Positions 21,149 to 31,961 are shown, counted from the first letter of the stretch. The stretch: DNA of 64,000 nt from Rubripirellula sp. (GCA_965216875.1 OZ244207.1:2880001-2944000); one strand, 5' to 3'. Made by a program: numbers and translations. Notes: generated from the sequence alone by a model not told the origin.

Positions 21149-22696
21149 GTGATCCATCACGTTACCTCCCTTACGAATCGATCATTCGATCCGGCAACCT
21201 TTCATACCGGTATCGAACCGACGACGCAGCGCGTCGATTCGCCAATCGAAGAAATCGTGGCCACACACACCGCGGTTCAGCCGAGCCGCAAGCTGTGCAT
21301 GGCTTACGCAATGGAATCGGTGTTGACCGGCGCACCGCTGCTGTTGCTCGATGCCACCGTCGCTTCGATCGCCCTTGTCACCGCATCCTGGATCATCAAC
21401 GCGAGCCAAGGGCACGCGTTTTATGCCGGAATCTTCGTTCAACTTCCCGCCTTGCTCTTCCTGCAAACAGTCTTCCTCTCGCTACACCAACTCTATCCAG
21501 GTGCGGGCGCTGGTCCCGTTGCCGAACTGCGTGGGATCGCTCGATCCACCATTATCGCCCTGCTCAGTCTTTCGGCGATCAATATCCTGCTTGGCCAATT
21601 GCCGCGGATTGAGTTTGCCACCTTTGCATTGACGGGTCTTCTCATCGGAGGCGCGCTGCCGCCGCTGCGCTGGATGGCTCGGCATCTGCTTGGTAAGACG
21701 CGATGGTGGGGCGTACGCATCCTCCTCATTGGTCAACGTGATGATTGCCTGGCCACCATCGGGTTGCTCCTTAAACGACGCTCTTCAGGCTTCATTCCCG
21801 CGGGCTACACATGTCATCAACGTGACGCAAACGAGTACGGACAAGTCGACCGGTACTTGCTGGGCAACAACTCCGACGCAACCACGATTGCACGTGATCA
21901 TTTAGCGCCGGTCGCGGGAATGGTCTCCTCCGACGCTGAATCAACCGATCTCGATCGACTCGTCTTTCAGTTCCCCTCGGTGGTTTGGATCGACTTCGCA
22001 CGAGCGGCAAGAAAAGATGTCGACACCTCGAAGCTGCCTCACGTGTTCACCACCCGCATGAACATGCCCTTCCTAAGGCTTGCGCCGCGCGTGGCCAAGC
22101 GGGTCATCGATCTGTCGGTTTGCGTTCCAACTCTCATTGTCCTGGCGATACCGATGTTGGTGATCACGGGGATGATCAAGTTCTTGTCGCCAGGCCCGGC
22201 CTTCTTCGGACACACTCGAATCGGACAACATGGCCGCCAGTTCAAGGCTTGGAAGTTCCGCACAATGGTGACCAACGGCGATGAAGTCTTGGAAAAACAC
22301 CTCGCCGAAAACCCAGCAGCGCGCAGCGAATGGGAACGAGACCAAAAATTGCGAAACGATCCACGCGTCCTTGGCACACTTGGCCGAGTGCTCCGCAAGT
22401 GGTCGCTCGATGAGTTGCCGCAACTTTGGAACGTGCTCCGAGGCGAGATGAGCCTCGTTGGACCACGGCCGATCGTCTACAGCGAAATCGCCAAGTACTC
22501 GCGCGGCTACCTCGCTTATTCACACATGCTCCCGGGAATCACCGGCCTTTGGCAAATCTCGGGTCGCAACAACACATCCTACGCGACGCGTGTTTCGATC
22601 GACGAACACTACGCGAGAAACTGGTCACCTTGGCTTGACCTTTGGGTGCTGATGAAAACACCGATCGTGGTCATCACGAGAAACGGGGCATATTGA
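21149..22696 (+). CDS. priming polyprenyl-phosphate glycosylphosphotransferase (WbaP/WcaJ family)
   Basis: 'KRVIDL', 'SPGPAFF', 'KFRTM', 'DPRV', 'SLDELPQLWNVLRGEMSLVGPRP', 'PGITGLWQISGR'; start uncertain (21095 or 21149). Confidence 0.92.
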   Translation: MIHHVTSLTNRSFDPATFHTGIEPTTQRVDSPIEEIVATHTAVQPSRKLCMAYAMESVLTGAPLLLLDATVASIALVTASWIINASQGHAFYAGIFVQLPALLFLQTVFLSLHQLYPGAGAGPVAELRGIARSTIIALLSLSAINILLGQLPRIEFATFALTGLLIGGALPPLRWMARHLLGKTRWWGVRILLIGQRDDCLATIGLLLKRRSSGFIPAGYTCHQRDANEYGQVDRYLLGNNSDATTIARDHLAPVAGMVSSDAESTDLDRLVFQFPSVVWIDFARAARKDVDTSKLPHVFTTRMNMPFLRLAPRVAKRVIDLSVCVPTLIVLAIPMLVITGMIKFLSPGPAFFGHTRIGQHGRQFKAWKFRTMVTNGDEVLEKHLAENPAARSEWERDQKLRNDPRVLGTLGRVLRKWSLDELPQLWNVLRGEMSLVGPRPIVYSEIAKYSRGYLAYSHMLPGITGLWQISGRNNTSYATRVSIDEHYARNWSPWLDLWVLMKTPIVVITRNGAY

Positions 22697-22698
22697 TC

Positions 22699-23868
22699 AT
22701 GAAGGTAGCGCTCGCCCACCATTGGTTGACGCAGCATCGCGGGGGCGAAAAGGTCCTCGAGAACATTGCGGGGATCTTTCCTGGCTGTGATCTCTATACG
22801 TTGATTCACAATCGCCGTCTCGACCTCGATTGGCTTGACGTCGCCAACATCAACACGAGCTTTCTCGATCGCGTTCCAGGGTCACCAAAGCTCTACCGAC
22901 ACCTGCTTCCACTCCACCCCGCCGCGATCGGCCGGATGCGTGTGCCAAGCGACGTGGACCTGTTGATCAGCAGTGATGCCGCGATGATCAAAGGCCTGAA
23001 CTTCGCTGCTTCCACCAAACACGTTTGCTATTGCCATTCGCCTCCACGGTATCTGTGGGAAATGGGCAATCAATACAAACGCACTTCGCTGGCTGCGCGG
23101 GTAGCGCTGGACCGATTCGCACCTGCGCTGCGCCGATTCGATTTCGATGCTGCCCAGAAAGTCACGCAGTTCATTGCCAATTCGCATTTTGTCGCCGATC
23201 GAATTCGCAAGTACTACCAACGCGACGCTCAAGTCGTTTACCCGCCCGTCGCAGTCGAGGACTTTCAGTGGAAACAAAACCGCGAAGGCTTTGCTTTGGT
23301 GGTATCCGAGCTCGTTCCCTACAAACGTATCGACATCGCAATTGAAGCGTTCAATCGAATCGGGCGTAGACTTGTCGTCATTGGCGACGGACCTGAGCGT
23401 CGTCGATTGCAGGCTGCGGCAGGCCCCAACATTCAATTCCTCGGTCGCCAACCCTTCCGAACGCTGAAGTCACACTTCCAGCGCGCCGCAATGTTCATCT
23501 TCCCTGGTGTCGAAGACTTCGGGATCACGCCCGTCGAATCACAGGCAGCCGGATGTCCGGTGATTGCTTATCGCGCCGGCGGCGCATTGGAAACGGTGAT
23601 CGAAGAGCGCACTGGAATCTTCTTCGACGAACAAAACGCAGAATCACTTGCAGACGCCGTCACGTCCCACGCGGCATCACGTTTGGAGGCAGCGGATTGT
23701 CGCGTGAACGCGGAGAAATTCTCGGCCGAGACGTTTCGCCAACGCTTCTCGGCCACGGTCTCGAGGCTTGCGCACGCTTCGCCGCCGCACGCCCCGATCG
23801 CGCGGCCTGCGATGTTCCTGCCAATGCCGACCGGTGACCACACGCCCACAACGCGCGAGGGTGTCTAG
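22699..23868 (+). CDS. glycosyltransferase family 4 (GT-B)
   Basis: 'MKVALAHHWLTQHRGGEKVL', 'YCHSPPRYLW', 'EDFGITPVESQAAGCPVIA'. Confidence 0.92.
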   Translation: MKVALAHHWLTQHRGGEKVLENIAGIFPGCDLYTLIHNRRLDLDWLDVANINTSFLDRVPGSPKLYRHLLPLHPAAIGRMRVPSDVDLLISSDAAMIKGLNFAASTKHVCYCHSPPRYLWEMGNQYKRTSLAARVALDRFAPALRRFDFDAAQKVTQFIANSHFVADRIRKYYQRDAQVVYPPVAVEDFQWKQNREGFALVVSELVPYKRIDIAIEAFNRIGRRLVVIGDGPERRRLQAAAGPNIQFLGRQPFRTLKSHFQRAAMFIFPGVEDFGITPVESQAAGCPVIAYRAGGALETVIEERTGIFFDEQNAESLADAVTSHAASRLEAADCRVNAEKFSAETFRQRFSATVSRLAHASPPHAPIARPAMFLPMPTGDHTPTTREGV

Positions 23869-23890
23869 CGCTACCGCCTAGCAAACGCAC

Positions 23891-25129
23891 ATGAATTTTC
23901 CAATCGCATCCGTCATCGCTGTTTCGACGCTGATCGTTTTGTTAGCGTTCCCCAAAGCGGGCGTCTATGCGGGCAACATCCCGCTCACTGCTGGCTACGT
24001 GCTGTTGGCTTTGACAGGGCTCTTGCAACTGATTCGTTTGGCCAATCGTGGCGGCGTCAAACTGCGAGCCGACTACGTCTTCCTGGGCCTGATGTTTCTG
24101 CTGCTTGGCGTTCTACAAGCGGGTGCCTTTTCGATGTACGGGACGCAATCCCTTGGCTCGGCCGTTTCGATTGTTGCCAGCACGCTAATTGTTCCCTGCC
24201 TTGCACTGCTCAGTGTCCACTGGCTTGTCGACACACTTGGGCTCGACCGATTCATGCGAACGCTTCGAGTCGCTTTGTTGATTGTCTTCGTTTTTGGCAT
24301 CGCTTCGTTCGCAGTCTACAACACAACGGGCAAGGTCATCGGGATCCCGTTTGTGACGACGACAGGCGCCGATGTCAGCTTGGTTGCCGACCGCCACAAC
24401 CTTCGCGGCTCGATGATCAAGATGTTCTCAACTTACAACAACGGGAACATTTTGGGAGTCAACGTTTTGATCTGGGGTGCGGTGGCCGCGGCAGGCACTA
24501 CCTTTTCGCTCATGCAGTTCCGTTCGATTTGCGTGCTGACCCTTTCGCGAAGCGTTTGGCTTGGCCTTGCGGCAATGGAATTGGCCCACGCTTTCTTGCG
24601 TCGAAGTGTTCGCGGCATCGCCTACTCCGTTGCGTTTGTCGTTCTCCTTACCGTCGTCGTCGCTGCCGCATCGATTTCCATCGGCCGCGACCCGACCGAT
24701 TTTCTGCTCGACGCGAACTTGGGCGGTCGCGTCGCCAGCTTTCAAGAAAACCTTTATCGCAGTCAAAAGGTCGGATGGACCAACGAGAGTCTTTACGCAG
24801 CATCGTATCTGGCGCTCGGCCCCCTGGGTGCAATCTTGCTGGTTGCAACCTGGGTCGTCCCGATCGTTCGCGGCGGCACCAATCGCCTGCAAACCAATTG
24901 TCGCGTCGCGCTGGGGGTTTACATGTTTGTCGCCGCCGCGGAAGCCGCCTTCAACCTGGTTCCAACTCAGGCTTCCTACTGGATGATCGCTGGCCTTGCG
25001 ATGGGAGCCGGACAGGACCAAGCGGCCGCGCAAGACGACGACAACAAAGACGCTCCCCTTTCCATCGTTTCCGCGCGAGACAGGCGTCTGCTCGAGCATC
25101 AACAATGGAAATCGCGTCGGTCGGCCTAG
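23891..25129 (+). CDS. polytopic membrane protein, probable Wzy-like polymerase
   Basis: About 10 TM helices, 'STYNNGNILG', 'LTLSRSVW'; last gene of the EPS cluster. Confidence 0.6.
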   Translation: MNFPIASVIAVSTLIVLLAFPKAGVYAGNIPLTAGYVLLALTGLLQLIRLANRGGVKLRADYVFLGLMFLLLGVLQAGAFSMYGTQSLGSAVSIVASTLIVPCLALLSVHWLVDTLGLDRFMRTLRVALLIVFVFGIASFAVYNTTGKVIGIPFVTTTGADVSLVADRHNLRGSMIKMFSTYNNGNILGVNVLIWGAVAAAGTTFSLMQFRSICVLTLSRSVWLGLAAMELAHAFLRRSVRGIAYSVAFVVLLTVVVAAASISIGRDPTDFLLDANLGGRVASFQENLYRSQKVGWTNESLYAASYLALGPLGAILLVATWVVPIVRGGTNRLQTNCRVALGVYMFVAAAEAAFNLVPTQASYWMIAGLAMGAGQDQAAAQDDDNKDAPLSIVSARDRRLLEHQQWKSRRSA

Positions 25130-25223
25130 GTAACGCCGCGTCTACGGCCTTTCCAGACGCGGTATGCTGTACGCCCGCCACTCATTGACCACCAGCGACC
25201 TCATCATTGCGGATTGATGTTGT

Positions 25224-25808
25224 TTGACAATGAATGTATCGATACGCGAGTTCCTGGAAGAAGATGCCGAGCCCATCTTTGCTTTACGCAACGACCCGCG
25301 GCTTCGGCAAATGCAATACCGACCGTCACGCGCGGAAACCCCGCAACTGCTAACCGCATGCGTTCACACCGGCGATGAACTTCCCGACTTCGGACTCAAA
25401 TGCTCGACCGTTCTGGTCGATGAATCCTTCGCTGGACACATCTTCCAAAACCACTGGACGCGACTCGACGGGATTCTCGCAATCGAACTTGGTTGGAACC
25501 TGCTCCCAGAACTTTGGGGGCACGGGATCATGGCGCAAGCACTTACGCTCCTCTTTGACACTCGCTTTCAGTCACGCGATGACATTGTTTTCAATGCATC
25601 CTGCTTTCAGTCGAACGTTCGATGCCAGCGGGTAATCGACAAACTTGGTTTTGAATACATCCGGCTGACGTTGTTCGAACGATTCTCGCACTTTACCAAG
25701 ACGTGGGGACGGCAGCGCGTGATGAAACACCAGCTGACATACAACCACTGGCAAACGAACAAGCAAAAGCGTGACAGTCAGTCCGCTATTCCTTCGGGTA
25801 CCCGGTAA
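25224..25808 (+). CDS. GNAT family N-acetyltransferase (RimJ/RimL-like)
   Basis: 'ELGWNLLPELWGHGIMAQAL', 'NVRCQRVIDKLGF'. Confidence 0.85.
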   Translation: MTMNVSIREFLEEDAEPIFALRNDPRLRQMQYRPSRAETPQLLTACVHTGDELPDFGLKCSTVLVDESFAGHIFQNHWTRLDGILAIELGWNLLPELWGHGIMAQALTLLFDTRFQSRDDIVFNASCFQSNVRCQRVIDKLGFEYIRLTLFERFSHFTKTWGRQRVMKHQLTYNHWQTNKQKRDSQSAIPSGTR

Positions 25809-26184
25809 ACTCTTTCAAGGCCGGTGCGCTGGCCGCTGCATAGCAATGCGTCTTCTCGGGTGTCATCCAAGACATGACGATCAATGTATCGTCACGAATC
25901 GATTGATCACGCTCGTCGTCAGATGGCCAATTGATCGACTGCGAAAGCTGCTCGTGTAGAGTAATCCATTGTTCCACCGTCAATCCCATCTCACGATGTG
26001 GGTGGTAGCTTACATTCGCCCCCGCTTGGCCCGAGCTTGGAACAAAGGGAATGTTGTAGGTAATCACATCCTTTTGACCAGCAGCTCTCAGTTTCTCCAC
26101 TTGAGTTCTTGCGTCGAGTTCATATTCAAACGCAGAATGAACATGCTTGCGTGTCGGCACATGCACGATCCAGACTTCGTCCAT
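25786..26184 (-). CDS. hypothetical protein
   Basis: 132 aa ORF with ATG start and protein-like composition; no motif recognised. Confidence 0.55.
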   Translation of the reverse strand: MDEVWIVHVPTRKHVHSAFEYELDARTQVEKLRAAGQKDVITYNIPFVPSSGQAGANVSYHPHREMGLTVEQWITLHEQLSQSINWPSDDERDQSIRDDTLIVMSWMTPEKTHCYAAASAPALKEFTGYPKE

Positions 26185-26497
26185 CGACTTGCCCCGGATT
26201 CCTGCTCAAAGAAGCTGCGTCAAGACCCGGCAGGAAAAGTCTCGGCGTGGGCTGGAGACCGGTATGAGGGTTGTCGTATCCGGTCCATTGGGGATTGCGA
26301 CTCTACGTGGATCGTCCGAGGCGTTCAAGTCGAATCGGGCTGGCTAAAAAAACGCCGTTTGACCAACATTCAATCAAACAACTCAACCACCTTTCCATCA
26401 TGCGAAACTGCATAGCTATTTGCGAATCATCGCCCGATTCGATGGCAAGCAATGTCATGCTGATCGAGTTCCTGAGTCCACAACCTGCAACCGCATC

Positions 26498-27073
26498 ATG
26501 AAAACCCAACTCGATTCAATCAAAGTCCTTCGTCAGACGATCGACTCCTATCGCAACCTCATCGACAAAACCCTTGAGCAACTGACCGACGAGGAACTGG
26601 TCCTGCGACCATCAAGCGATGTCAACTCAGTCGCAGTGATCTTGCGGCACTTGGGTGGGAATTTGGTCAGTCGATGGACCGACTTTTTGACGACCGACGG
26701 CGAGAAAGAAACTCGCAACCGCGACCGAGAATTCGAAGACTGGAATGGCACTCGCAGCGAATTGCTCGCCTATTTCAACGAGGGCTGGAGTGCCCTCGTG
26801 TTTGCCCTGGAAACGATCGATCAATCGAACATCGATCAGGAGATCACCATTCGCGGAGAAAAACACACGGTGCTGCAAGCCGCGGTCCGTTCCGTCACCC
26901 ACATCACATACCACGCTGGCCAGATCGCGTTGGTCGCGCGTTTGGTTCACAAGGGCGATTGGCAATGGCTAACGATCGCTCCGAATCAATCCAAAGATTT
27001 CAACCGCGATACCTGGGGGACGTCCAAGAGCCGCGCTGTGTTTGATGCCGATGACGATTCAGAGCCAACTTAG
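26498..27073 (+). CDS. DUF1572 / DinB-like protein
   Basis: 'NSVAVILRHLGGNLVSRWTDFLTTDGEK.TRNRD.EF', 'HITYHAGQI'. Confidence 0.88.
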   Translation: MKTQLDSIKVLRQTIDSYRNLIDKTLEQLTDEELVLRPSSDVNSVAVILRHLGGNLVSRWTDFLTTDGEKETRNRDREFEDWNGTRSELLAYFNEGWSALVFALETIDQSNIDQEITIRGEKHTVLQAAVRSVTHITYHAGQIALVARLVHKGDWQWLTIAPNQSKDFNRDTWGTSKSRAVFDADDDSEPT

Positions 27074-27103
27074 TGCTTCAGGTTGCAATTGTGCTCCCAC
27101 CAA

Positions 27104-27209
27104 CACTCTCCCTTGGGAGTCGGGCTCTAAGGCCCGGAGAGGGCCTGTTTGGAAACGCGCATTCCCTCCCCGGACTTTGCGTCCGCCCCACCCGCAAGCG
27201 GGAGGGTGA
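27104..27209. repeat. REP-like palindromic element family B (copy 2)
   Basis: Matches 10821-10928 with few substitutions; lies between convergent genes. Confidence 0.85.
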
Positions 27210-27267
27210 TTGCCCGCACAAATCCTCATCGACCTCAACGCGCGACAACTCACGCGGGGCAGGGCAG

Positions 27268-28386
27268 CTACTGATTCAGGGACTGCGCCCACATCACAAA
27301 AATTTCCCGCAACACTTTGCTTCCGTTGGAGCTGTTGGACAACATCACCAGCCCATCGCCAGATTCGGGACGCAACAGCATCGCGGCTTCCCAGCCTCGA
27401 TTCGACCCCAGATGGCCTAGCACAAAGTAGGGACCGTGTTGCATCTGCTGGTATCCCAAACCGCTGGTTCGCACAGTACCTAGGGTCACAACCTGTTTGT
27501 GCATGAGTTTGAGCGTCGCTCCGGAGAGGACGGCGCTCGGTTGTTTCGGATCCGTTTTCATCGACTCGGCCGCAAAGGCAGTCAGGTCTTGGCACGTTGT
27601 CGAGATTCCCGCCGCGGCAACTGCCGTGAATTGGAGCGGGGCGATGGGCGCCCCGTTCTCGTCATAGGGCGTGGCCGTGTCATCCGAATCGCTCCAACCA
27701 AAATGACTTGAGCTCATCTGAAGTGGTCCCAACACCTCTTCCTGCATGTAATCGGCAAACGCCCGTTGCGACTGGTCCTCGACCATCAGCTGCGCGACCG
27801 TGTAGCCGCCACCAGAGTACTGACGCTTTTCACCGGGCTCATAGACAATCCGCACATCGCCAGCTCCATTCGTATTCCCCGCCAGCGACTCTTCGAGACT
27901 CGGCAACTCGCTAGGATCGGTAAACCCGGGGTAGCCGTGCAGTGACAACCCTGCCGTGTGACTCAGCAGCCGACGCAAGGTGACGCCTTCGGATGAGAAT
28001 TCCGAATCAGGAAACCGCCATGTCTTGAGATACTTCTCGATGGGGGCATCAAGGTCGACCAACTTCTTTTCCACCAGCTTCATGATGCCCCATGCCGAAA
28101 CGGTTTTGGAAATCGACCCTGCGTTGAACACCGTGTCTCGTGTGACCGGCTTCTTCGACTCAACATCAGCGAGCCCAAAGCCATCCGTCCATAGCACCTT
28201 CCCGTCACGTACGACTCCGATCGCAACCCCGGGGACCTTTTCACGCTGCAGCAGTTTGGGAACCTCTGTTTCAAGCGTCGCTCGCAACTCGGATCTTTCA
28301 GCCGCCGGCTCATCGGCAAAACCAACGCTTGACCCCGCCGCAATCACAGCAGCAAACAAGAAACGCAGATGATCGGCGGCAAACAT
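27268..28386 (-). CDS. serine hydrolase, beta-lactamase class C/AmpC-like family (secreted)
   Basis: Signal peptide, SxxK 'GSISK', 'LLSHTAG', 'YSGGG', 'HLGSN.G'. Confidence 0.9.
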   Translation of the reverse strand: MFAADHLRFLFAAVIAAGSSVGFADEPAAERSELRATLETEVPKLLQREKVPGVAIGVVRDGKVLWTDGFGLADVESKKPVTRDTVFNAGSISKTVSAWGIMKLVEKKLVDLDAPIEKYLKTWRFPDSEFSSEGVTLRRLLSHTAGLSLHGYPGFTDPSELPSLEESLAGNTNGAGDVRIVYEPGEKRQYSGGGYTVAQLMVEDQSQRAFADYMQEEVLGPLQMSSSHFGWSDSDDTATPYDENGAPIAPLQFTAVAAAGISTTCQDLTAFAAESMKTDPKQPSAVLSGATLKLMHKQVVTLGTVRTSGLGYQQMQHGPYFVLGHLGSNRGWEAAMLLRPESGDGLVMLSNSSNGSKVLREIFVMWAQSLNQ

Positions 28387-28519
28387 AGAGCTTAATTCTC
28401 AATAAACAAAACGAAGGGTTGTTCAGCACTGGTGTGACGACGAAAGCCTTTCGTAATCCACAACAAAGTATTGGGCAAATTCCGATATGAATCTTGTCTT
28501 CCCTCGAGGGTCAACCGAT

Positions 28520-29146
28520 CTATGCGACCACCTCGACAAACGCATGCCCATCCGCAAGCGAATTGATGATCGCACGTGCGATTTTTGCCCCACCGCTCGA
28601 AGAGGGCTCAATCGGCGAGACCGACGAATAATCGCCGGCTTCGTTGCAAATCGTCCGCAAGTCAATCAACCGGTTGCCGAACTCGAACGCCGTGCGTGTA
28701 ATCGTGTCGTTAAACACGCAGAGCCCCGCCGTTTCAGACGAATCCAGCCCTGGTACCGCGTCGTAGATCGAACAAGTCACGAGCGGAAGCCGCAATTCGC
28801 GAAGTTCGCAAACCAGTTTCCTGTATTCCAGTGTGAACTCACCGAGCTTCTCGGCAATTCGCTGAAGCGATGCACGAACATCCAACGTCTCTTGTGAAAA
28901 CAGGCTACCAGCCATGTAGAGCGCATCGTTGCCGCCGACACTCAGCACCAGATGCGTGGCGTCTTTGGGAACCCGCTCGATCTGTCGAAACACCGACGAA
29001 ACGGTCGCCCCGTCAACCGCAACCAACGTCGCATGATCTTCGGCCGACAAAAGGCGACGAACATGTTCGATCACCGACGAACCCTCGGGAACATAGATCC
29101 CGTTGTCGAAAATCGAATCACCAAGCAAAACAATGTGACGCTTCAA
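28520..29146 (-). CDS. SGNH/GDSL hydrolase family protein
   Basis: 'VLLGDSIFDN', 'SVGGNDAL', 'IEPS..GG.KIA'. Confidence 0.88.
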   Translation of the reverse strand: MKRHIVLLGDSIFDNGIYVPEGSSVIEHVRRLLSAEDHATLVAVDGATVSSVFRQIERVPKDATHLVLSVGGNDALYMAGSLFSQETLDVRASLQRIAEKLGEFTLEYRKLVCELRELRLPLVTCSIYDAVPGLDSSETAGLCVFNDTITRTAFEFGNRLIDLRTICNEAGDYSSVSPIEPSSSGGAKIARAIINSLADGHAFVEVVA

Positions 29147-29356
29147 ATCTCGCTCCTCGTCTCAACCGTAAACACACAAAGTACGAGTGGTTGCTGGACA
29201 TTGATTGTATCTCGTAGCCCGTGAAACTGAGCCGCGAAACAGATTGATCTGCGGTCTCGGACAACCAACCCGAAATTCCGTTGCGTCTTGACGCCGAAAC
29301 GTGCTACTGGAGTGCCAGGTTCCGTCAGGGTTGGATCTTGCCAAGGATGTCACGAA

Positions 29357-29761
29357 ATGTCGAATCAACGAGTGAAACGACTACTTCTGATTTCCATCGT
29401 TCTCATCAGTGGTTGTCGCGCCGCGGCTCCTAAGACCGAATCGATGGACCATCTGCTGCAAACGGTCAACTATGAAGTCCCCGACAATTCGACCAACACA
29501 GCGTCTAGGGACGACTACCGCTTGACCTTCGGCCAGCGAGCTCGTGAATTCCGTGATAACGTCCTTGACGGAGCAAAGCGATTTGGCTGGTTCCTGGCGG
29601 GCGGGTTCTACGAGGCGGCGGCCGACGCATTCTCGATTGGCAGCAGTGACGACGACGATGATGATCCTGGCTACGAGAACACGTCACGCAGAATCGCCGA
29701 CAACAACCTGCAAAACTGGCTCGATCAACGCGACCGATGGCGTGACGAAGACAAACGTTGA
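29357..29761 (+). CDS. hypothetical lipoprotein
   Basis: 'KRLLLISIVLISGC' lipobox; acidic tract; ATG at 29357 preferred. Confidence 0.65.
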   Translation: MSNQRVKRLLLISIVLISGCRAAAPKTESMDHLLQTVNYEVPDNSTNTASRDDYRLTFGQRAREFRDNVLDGAKRFGWFLAGGFYEAAADAFSIGSSDDDDDDPGYENTSRRIADNNLQNWLDQRDRWRDEDKR

Positions 29762-29825
29762 CTCTTGAAATCGACGGCAGCGCCTTTACTTGGCACATCG
29801 GTTCTCCTGAATGTCCCACGTGGAC

Positions 29826-30461
29826 TCAAAGAACCCTCGTGGCGCGATCATTAAACTCTCGAACCGTCTCGCCGCTCTCTGCCTCGACGTAGTCTGCGAA
29901 CTCAATCCACAGACTCCGCTGCTTCGTTTCCGTGATCTCTGAATCGACGGGCCAGCCTTCGGTCCATAAAAAGGTTTCGTCTTCATCGACTTCTACCCCA
30001 GGACAATACTCGGCAATCAACGCGAGTGCATCCGGCATGGATCGTGCACACACATAACCTTTAAGTGCGACTCCCTCTGGCACGGCGTCCCAGCGAGAAT
30101 CGTTTGGCGATCGAAACCAAAACGTACTGATCTGCCAACAGTTCAGTTCAGCGGTGAGCGGCGACGCGATTGATCGAACTTGCACGACATTGCGCGCACG
30201 GCCCGTTTGCCGAAGCAACATGGCCACGTCGGCACGCATGAGTTCCAACAGAAACCCTTGGTTCTGTTCGTCGATTGCCAGCGTGATCGGGCCAGGACCA
30301 TCAGGAACCTTGGTGGCCGCAATCAGCGTTCGGTGACACGTATCGATGTCCTCACTGCCAAAGTCAACAATGCAAAACGCACCATTTAGAATCTCAGCGC
30401 GCGCATTGCCCAGACGGTAGTGACGCTCATCTTCCGCCTTCACCCACTCTCCGACTTCCAT
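29826..30461 (-). CDS. hypothetical protein
   Basis: 211 aa ORF, preceded by GAGG; no motif recognised. Confidence 0.6.
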   Translation of the reverse strand: MEVGEWVKAEDERHYRLGNARAEILNGAFCIVDFGSEDIDTCHRTLIAATKVPDGPGPITLAIDEQNQGFLLELMRADVAMLLRQTGRARNVVQVRSIASPLTAELNCWQISTFWFRSPNDSRWDAVPEGVALKGYVCARSMPDALALIAEYCPGVEVDEDETFLWTEGWPVDSEITETKQRSLWIEFADYVEAESGETVREFNDRATRVL

Positions 30462-30656
30462 CCCATTGCCTCGCCTAAAACATTTTGGATTCTTACATCA
30501 CAATGCTGAAAAACATAACACGCCGCGTTTTGCCCTTCGCACGAAAAAACAGGTCAGCATCAGAGACCACACGCGCCAATTAGAACTGCTACACTACCTC
30601 GCCTGCGATCGGATCACCTGAACTAACCAACCAGCTATCCCGTCGAATCACTGTCA

Positions 30657-31175
30657 TTGATCCTCAGCTGGAGCAACAAATTGGACGAGACCTTATTGTT
30701 TACGCTTAAAGCGCTGGGCTGGTTGCTTGGCCTACTCGTTGGACTGCTTGTCGGGAGCGCTTTCGCCGCGATCTGGCTGCGTCTCGCAGCCTCTTTCCTG
30801 AAACTTGGCCCAATCAAATACACCAAGGCCTTCACTGCAACACTGCTCTGCAATTTTGTTGTCACGTGTGCCCAGCTTTCCATTTCCTTCAACCACGGGT
30901 ACATGGCAGGTTACTTTGGAGGTATCGACAGAATATCGGAGGTCAAATTCCACTACCCACCAGTCTACTTCTTGTACTTTCTTGCGTTTTCCTATGTCCT
31001 GGTGGCAGCGATCTTGCGCTGCGTGCTTCGCCGCGAGGACGAATCCCAAGTGAGCTTTAGCGATGCGTTCGCGCTCGCTGGCGTCTACAACGCTCTCTTG
31101 ATCACATCCATTTTCCTAATTGGGTCGATCGTGCTCGCCATCGTTCTCGGAATGTTGAGTCTGCTCGTTGGGTGA
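30657..31175 (+). CDS. hypothetical membrane protein (~4 TM)
   Basis: Four hydrophobic helices; start may be TTG 30696. Confidence 0.65.
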   Translation: MILSWSNKLDETLLFTLKALGWLLGLLVGLLVGSAFAAIWLRLAASFLKLGPIKYTKAFTATLLCNFVVTCAQLSISFNHGYMAGYFGGIDRISEVKFHYPPVYFLYFLAFSYVLVAAILRCVLRREDESQVSFSDAFALAGVYNALLITSIFLIGSIVLAIVLGMLSLLVG

Positions 31176-31240
31176 CGACCTTTCCGTTACCCAGACTTTT
31201 TGGACGTCTGCCGTCAGGAACTCAGCATACTGCTTTCACG

Positions 31241-31681
31241 ATGAACGATTCAGAAGAATTGCCGATCGTCGAGTCTCAGATTCGACTTGCGCTGGCGATC
31301 CTTTTCCTGATCTTCTTCTGGACGATCGTTGGAGTGTTCGAGTCGATCGTCGTCTGGCATTATGCCCGATATGGCTTTCCGCAACTCGGCGCGTCGGCCT
31401 GCTTGTTGGTTTGGATCGTTGGAATGGCCACACCCGCCTACATGTGCCACCCCAAACGCTATCGATTGACGACGCTTACCACGGGCCTGCTCTTGAGCTG
31501 CTTCGTCTTTGCCTTGAGCAACATCGCCCAACGAACAGCACACCCGATGGGTGCAAAGCAACTCGCCGCGATCGAATCGAAACTCGTCATTGTCTTTATC
31601 GTTCAATTGGTCTTGTTCGCCACCTTGTGGGCCTTCGCCTTTCGCAAGGAGATATGGCAGCGAACCGCATCAGAGGAGTGA
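31241..31681 (+). CDS. hypothetical membrane protein (~4 TM)
   Basis: Four hydrophobic helices; ATG 31241 preferred (ORF track 31172). Confidence 0.65.
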   Translation: MNDSEELPIVESQIRLALAILFLIFFWTIVGVFESIVVWHYARYGFPQLGASACLLVWIVGMATPAYMCHPKRYRLTTLTTGLLLSCFVFALSNIAQRTAHPMGAKQLAAIESKLVIVFIVQLVLFATLWAFAFRKEIWQRTASEE

Positions 31682-31961
31682 GGGAGCTATTTCGGCGAGG
31701 CAATCGTCTCCTCATCCGTGTGATTCGTGATATCCGTGGTTCGCTCTTATTCACACGCCTGACTTTGGAGAAGCAACCAGGTTTCACGCGTGGGAAACTT
31801 TAACGATTGGCGAGGCCTTTCGGCTGCCAGCTGTTAAGGTTTTCGGGCTGTAACGCCGAGGCCGGTTTTCATGGTTATTTGGATATTTTGCGTCGATCCA
31901 GAGTAGGGTGCCGTAGGGAGACGGCGCCCGTTGACCGACCTGAATTCCTACGGAACCGACC

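Noticed and set aside
26185..26497. Possible riboswitch in the divergent intergenic region
   Set aside because: Only weak short stems; I could not match any riboswitch consensus
27268..28386. Calling the two serine hydrolases (also 57067-58506) antibiotic-resistance beta-lactamases
   Set aside because: The SxxK family includes many esterases and peptidases; substrate cannot be inferred from the motifs
25224..31681. Orphan small-gene stretch as an integron cassette array
   Set aside because: Genes are in mixed orientations and no repeated attC-like sites were seen between them
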